Source: the human T2T-CHM13v2.0 reference genome, Homo sapiens
Reading direction: 5' to 3' (one strand)
Assembly: GCF_009914755.1 (NCBI RefSeq)
Contig: NC_060927.1
Length of the DNA: 64,000 nucleotides
A program made the position numbers and the translations under genes. Positions 59,393 to 64,000 of this stretch are shown here, piece by piece (the first letter of the stretch is position 1; every line of letters begins with the position of its first letter). The notes under the pieces are model-generated. The model did not search any database. It saw only the letters and a program-made list of their open reading frames with translations, and was not told where the DNA came from.

Positions 59393-60323
59393 CAGAGGTG
59401 AATATTTTTATGGTTATTTCTATCTATTGATGACTTGTTTTGTGAAAGGGATTTTTTTTTTTTTAGCTTTAGTAGGAATGTGTGAGTGAGTCAGCATCTC
59501 CCCTATCATGCTAGTATTAAATATGTTGTTTTTTTGGTATTAGCATTTCTCTGGTTATTTGTAAATTTAGATATGTTTCCACATGCCTCATTTCCAGTTA
59601 TTTTTTTTTATTGCCTTTGAAGATGAGTACTTTCCAATCTTTAGGATCCCATTCACAGCAAATCAAAGAGGAAACATTTTAGTGAGAATTGTGCAATTGT
59701 GCATGTCTTATAAAAGGTTCTAGAACATTTTTTACTCACATGAAGGACTGTTTGAATAAGTTGAGACATGCCTTATTCCTAAATGGAAACATAGAGGTTG
59801 TTAAGTAGTTGTTTTCCCTACATTTCGTGCAATCACAGTTAGTACAACTCTCAGGTCAATTATTCTTGAATTTTAACCAAAAAATTCTAAATTGTCTTGA
59901 CAATAAACAGGCAAAATAGGTAAAAGAAATCTGCAAAATAAGTGTAATGAGCAACTGGGACCATCCTAGCCAGATGCTGAGGTGCATTTATAAGGCAACT
60001 CTGATTGAAGGAGGAGGTGGTGCTGGAATAGATGGGAGGTCAAAGCAGTAACAGAACCCACCCAGACATAAGGCAACTGCACGTGGAATTAATTGGCAAT
60101 AAAAGAACCACCTTGCTGCATTCCGAAAAGGAAGGATTATTCTCATGGCATTGGGATAATTGGTCAGCGTTAATGAAAAACTTACATCATGAGTATGTTT
60201 CACAATAAACCCTGATATAAATTAGTGGTCATGTTAAAAAATAAAACTTGCAAAAGTCTTCAGGCAAAGAAGAAATTTGTTATATCTGTAGTAACTGAAA
60301 GCAGTAACTTTTAAGTTTACACC

Positions 60324-60448
60324 TGAGGTCCTCAAACTTTTTCTGTAAAGGGCCAAGTAGTAAATATTTTAGGCTTTGTAGGCCAGATGGTCTCTGTCAC
60401 AGGTCCTCAACTCTTTGTGCTGCAAAAGCATCAATAGACAATATGTAA
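60324..60448. mobile_element. MER58A hAT MITE, truncated
   Basis: caaactttttctgtaaagggcc..gtaaatattttaggcttt..ggtctctgtc..tagacaata. Confidence 0.8.
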
Positions 60449-60848
60449 TATGTCTCATATATAAACAAATAGAGAATATGTAGGTTTATAGGAAGAGTCA
60501 TAATATTGTGAATGTTAATTTCCTGACAAATCGTGTCCCATGGTGAATTTTATGAATCTTTCATTTTTTTGGCAAACTGTTTGAAAAAGCATTTCATGGC
60601 TATTTTAATTTATATTTCCCTGATTATTATTTAAGTTGTGTGTGTGTATGTATGTGTGTGCGTATGTGTGTGTGTGTGTTTGGTATATTTGTGTGCCACT
60701 GATGTCTCTTTTTATGTGAATTATAGGTAGAGTTAATTTATCTCACTTATTTCACCTCTCTGTCACCTGATGTCCCAATACCCTGGAGAGCTTTGTGATA
60801 TCTACACCCCAGTACAGACTAATAGGTCACTGGTTTGCTTCAGAACTA

Positions 60849-61362
<514 letters not shown>

Positions 61363-61929
61363 AGAAATCTGGGTGAGTTGTTGCCTGAATCTTGTCTGAA
61401 CCTGCCTATCCCCTCTGGGTCCTGAAATCTAACTGTGGGTGAGATCTGCCTTTGCATTTCTGTTCATCCAGGTGAGCAAACCTGGAGTTTGGCCTCACTC
61501 TGTCCAATTGTGTTCCTTCCAAGAGATAAAACTGAGAAAGTGGTAAAGTCACTTGCATAAGCCACTTTCAGATCCATAGAGGACCCACAGCATGAGATTC
61601 TGACTGTTATTATTACAGAGGTAGAAGCGTCATTTTCTTGGAGCTGTGTCTCCGTGTCTTTGGTGTGCCACAGTCACAGGCCTGCTCCTGCCCCTCCCTG
61701 CAATCTTTCCATTGTTGTGTGTGGTACAGGAACTGAGACAATTATGACAGAGCCGAGCTGGTTTCTCTTCTCTTTTGGACATCATTGTTTGTCACAATTC
61801 TGATCACCATTTCTTCCTCTAGATCACAAAATTGTAAAATCACTGCTATATTTACATTTTCTTTTGCTGCCTGGGCTTTAAAAAGTACTATTTATAGCTT
61901 TCCTTTGAAATTCCTTTATTAATAGTCTT

Positions 61930-62140
61930 CCTTCACATGTATATCACTCTGCTATTTACAAAATGCTCTTACGTTTAGTATTTCACTTGATCAGCATAAA
62001 CACCCATGGGATAAGCTAGGCAGGATTGTTGTCTCCATTTTACAGGTGAGGAAATTAAGGCTCAGTGAGGCCTGGAAGGCCCTGGCCTGCAGCCACTGCT
62101 GGACCGGGTGCCAGAACTGGGTTTAGACGTCTTACTAGAT
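61930..62140 (-). mobile_element. MIR
   Basis: ctccattttacaggtgaggaaattaaggctcagtgagg. Confidence 0.75.
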
Positions 62141-63017
62141 CTCTCTTGCTGTTTTTCTTTCCGTCTACAAAAACTCCTTCTCATTTATGAGTTTCAAAGA
62201 TTTTCTTGTCTGACACATAAGGAAATTAGTGGCTTTTCTTGAGAGATCTAAGCATTACTGCATTTGCCTAATATTTCTTTTACTATACCTATTGGTCTGA
62301 GTACTTTAAGAGAAACCAGTGTCTGTAAATAATCTTCCTTCTTGTCAGACATGGAGGCAGAAATTTTCCAAGAAGAGAGACACCCTGAAGACACTGTTTG
62401 TTCTCTGCTGTTCTTAACAAGTACTGCAACCACAATTTTGGATTTTTCTCCTCGAGGCTTTCTAGTTGTAGGCTGCCACAGAATACTTCGGGGTCACAGA
62501 TTCCTATTCCCTTTTAAACTGTATCGGGCATGTGTGTTATGTGACCTTTGTGTTCTGACCTTCAGATTTAGGGAACTGAAGATTTAGGAAGTCTTGTTAG
62601 GACTTAAATCCAAGTAAATTCCCTCATGAGTACAAAGACTCATCTGTGGAGGTGTGGAATGTTGGAGAGAAAGGGACTTTCATTCATCTAGCCCCCTGGG
62701 TTAGAAAACAGGGCTGGTGAGTGATAGAGCTGAGGCTAGCATGCGGAGATCAGACTAGATTCGGCTTTCTGCTGGCTTCCTCCATATCACTCAGTACTTC
62801 TGGAGTTGTAGCATGCCTCTTCCCCCTGGACTGGGAGCTTTGAGAGGGACGGCACTGGGTGTGCTCTGTGCACGGCTCTTCTAGAGGTGATCCAAGTGCT
62901 TTGCATAGGCACTCAGGATTTATTTGCTTGATGAATTTGAACCTGTCTGTTGTTGATAAAATATCATTATTGCCCATAAGGATCTTGAGGGAGTTTGTAA
63001 GGATCTTGAGGGAGTTT

Positions 63018-63560
63018 CAGTCAGGATTCACTATAGGAAACAAACCACTTTAGATATTTTAAGTGGAAGGTACTTAATACAGGGTGTTTCACAGAAGTAA
63101 TTAGATGGACTGCATGGAGCAGAATCGAGGCTGTCTCCAGAAATGAATCACAAAACTGCACAAAATTATTCCATTTTCTACAATCAAGCAAGACAAAAAT
63201 GGTGAAGCCACCATGGGAATTACTGAGTTCAGTGATACATCACAAAACTTGTGAAACAGAGATCAAAAGCCATAGTCAGAATGATGGTAGCTGGACACTG
63301 AGACATGAGTCCAGCTACTTACTCTTTTTGTCACGGCTGCTTTTTGACAGCCACCAAGCTGAAGACTCAATATGAGAACACAGATGCTGAAAAACCCCAT
63401 GTCTGTGTCACCATTCTTCTAACAGAAAACAGGGCAAACAGCAGAAACATGTCTTCCATCTTACTTTTGCCTTTCAAATATCAAGCCAATTACATATATT
63501 TTGGCAGAATTTCTTTTGCAATCAAACCTTACCTGCAAGACAGCCTGTGCAATATGGGAA
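63018..63560. mobile_element. Old MLT1-like MaLR LTR remnant
   Basis: gtcaggattc..ggaaacaaaccact..aagtggaagg.acttaatacaggg start typical of MLT1; heavily diverged. Confidence 0.4.
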
Positions 63561-64000
63561 GTTTGAGTGTCCATCTACCATATCCACCACATTAAGGGTG
63601 ATGGTTTTCATATTTCGGGCATGTCTTCCATAAGGCTTTGTGTGTAGTAGATATTAAGTTGGAACCAGAGTAACAATTACGTTCTATTACATCTCTACTT
63701 GTCAGTGTAGTTAATTATATAACAGAATGGACTGCAACAGTTTTACTTTAGGGAATCCCTAAGGGGGAATTCCTATTTATCAGAAAAATGCTGTAAGGAG
63801 GGAAGACCCTGAGGTGGGAGAGTATTCTAAACTGTTTTGGTTTCAAACATCTTGGAAAGTACTACATGGAGACATGCGATATTATAACATATCAGTGCTT
63901 ACCATGTCTGGGGGGAGTTCTGTCTTAAAAAAGCTTGCCTACCTTCTATGCTGTTGCTCCCTCGCTGCACTGTTTTGACCCCACTTTCCTCCTCACCAGC

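Overview
Primate (almost certainly human) genomic DNA, AT-rich and repeat-dense, with no recognisable host protein-coding exon, RNA gene, CpG island or CRISPR array. It holds 16 Alu/FLAM elements, one full-length but inactivated L1PA4/L1PA3-6160-type LINE-1 (44.2-50.4 kb, minus strand), several older L1 pieces, a THE1D solo LTR, DNA-transposon fossils (Charlie1, Tigger4a, MER5A, MER58A), many MIR/L2 relics and microsatellites. All L1s and 12 of 16 Alus are on the minus strand, which suggests a long intron of a plus-strand gene that I cannot name. The only real protein homology in the ORF track is to L1 ORF1/ORF2 fragments. I find no evidence of a wholly new biological system. The best observations are retrotransposition fossils: a probable ~135-bp 3' transduction behind the full-length L1, a small L1 with both a twin-priming inversion and a 3' transduction, and an old TSD-bounded L1MA that looks spliced. 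There are also candidate 63-nt and 18-nt frame-preserving exons, a motif-dense regulatory patch and template-switch palindromes. Subfamily names come from recalled consensus features, not a database search, and boundaries of old repeats are approximate.
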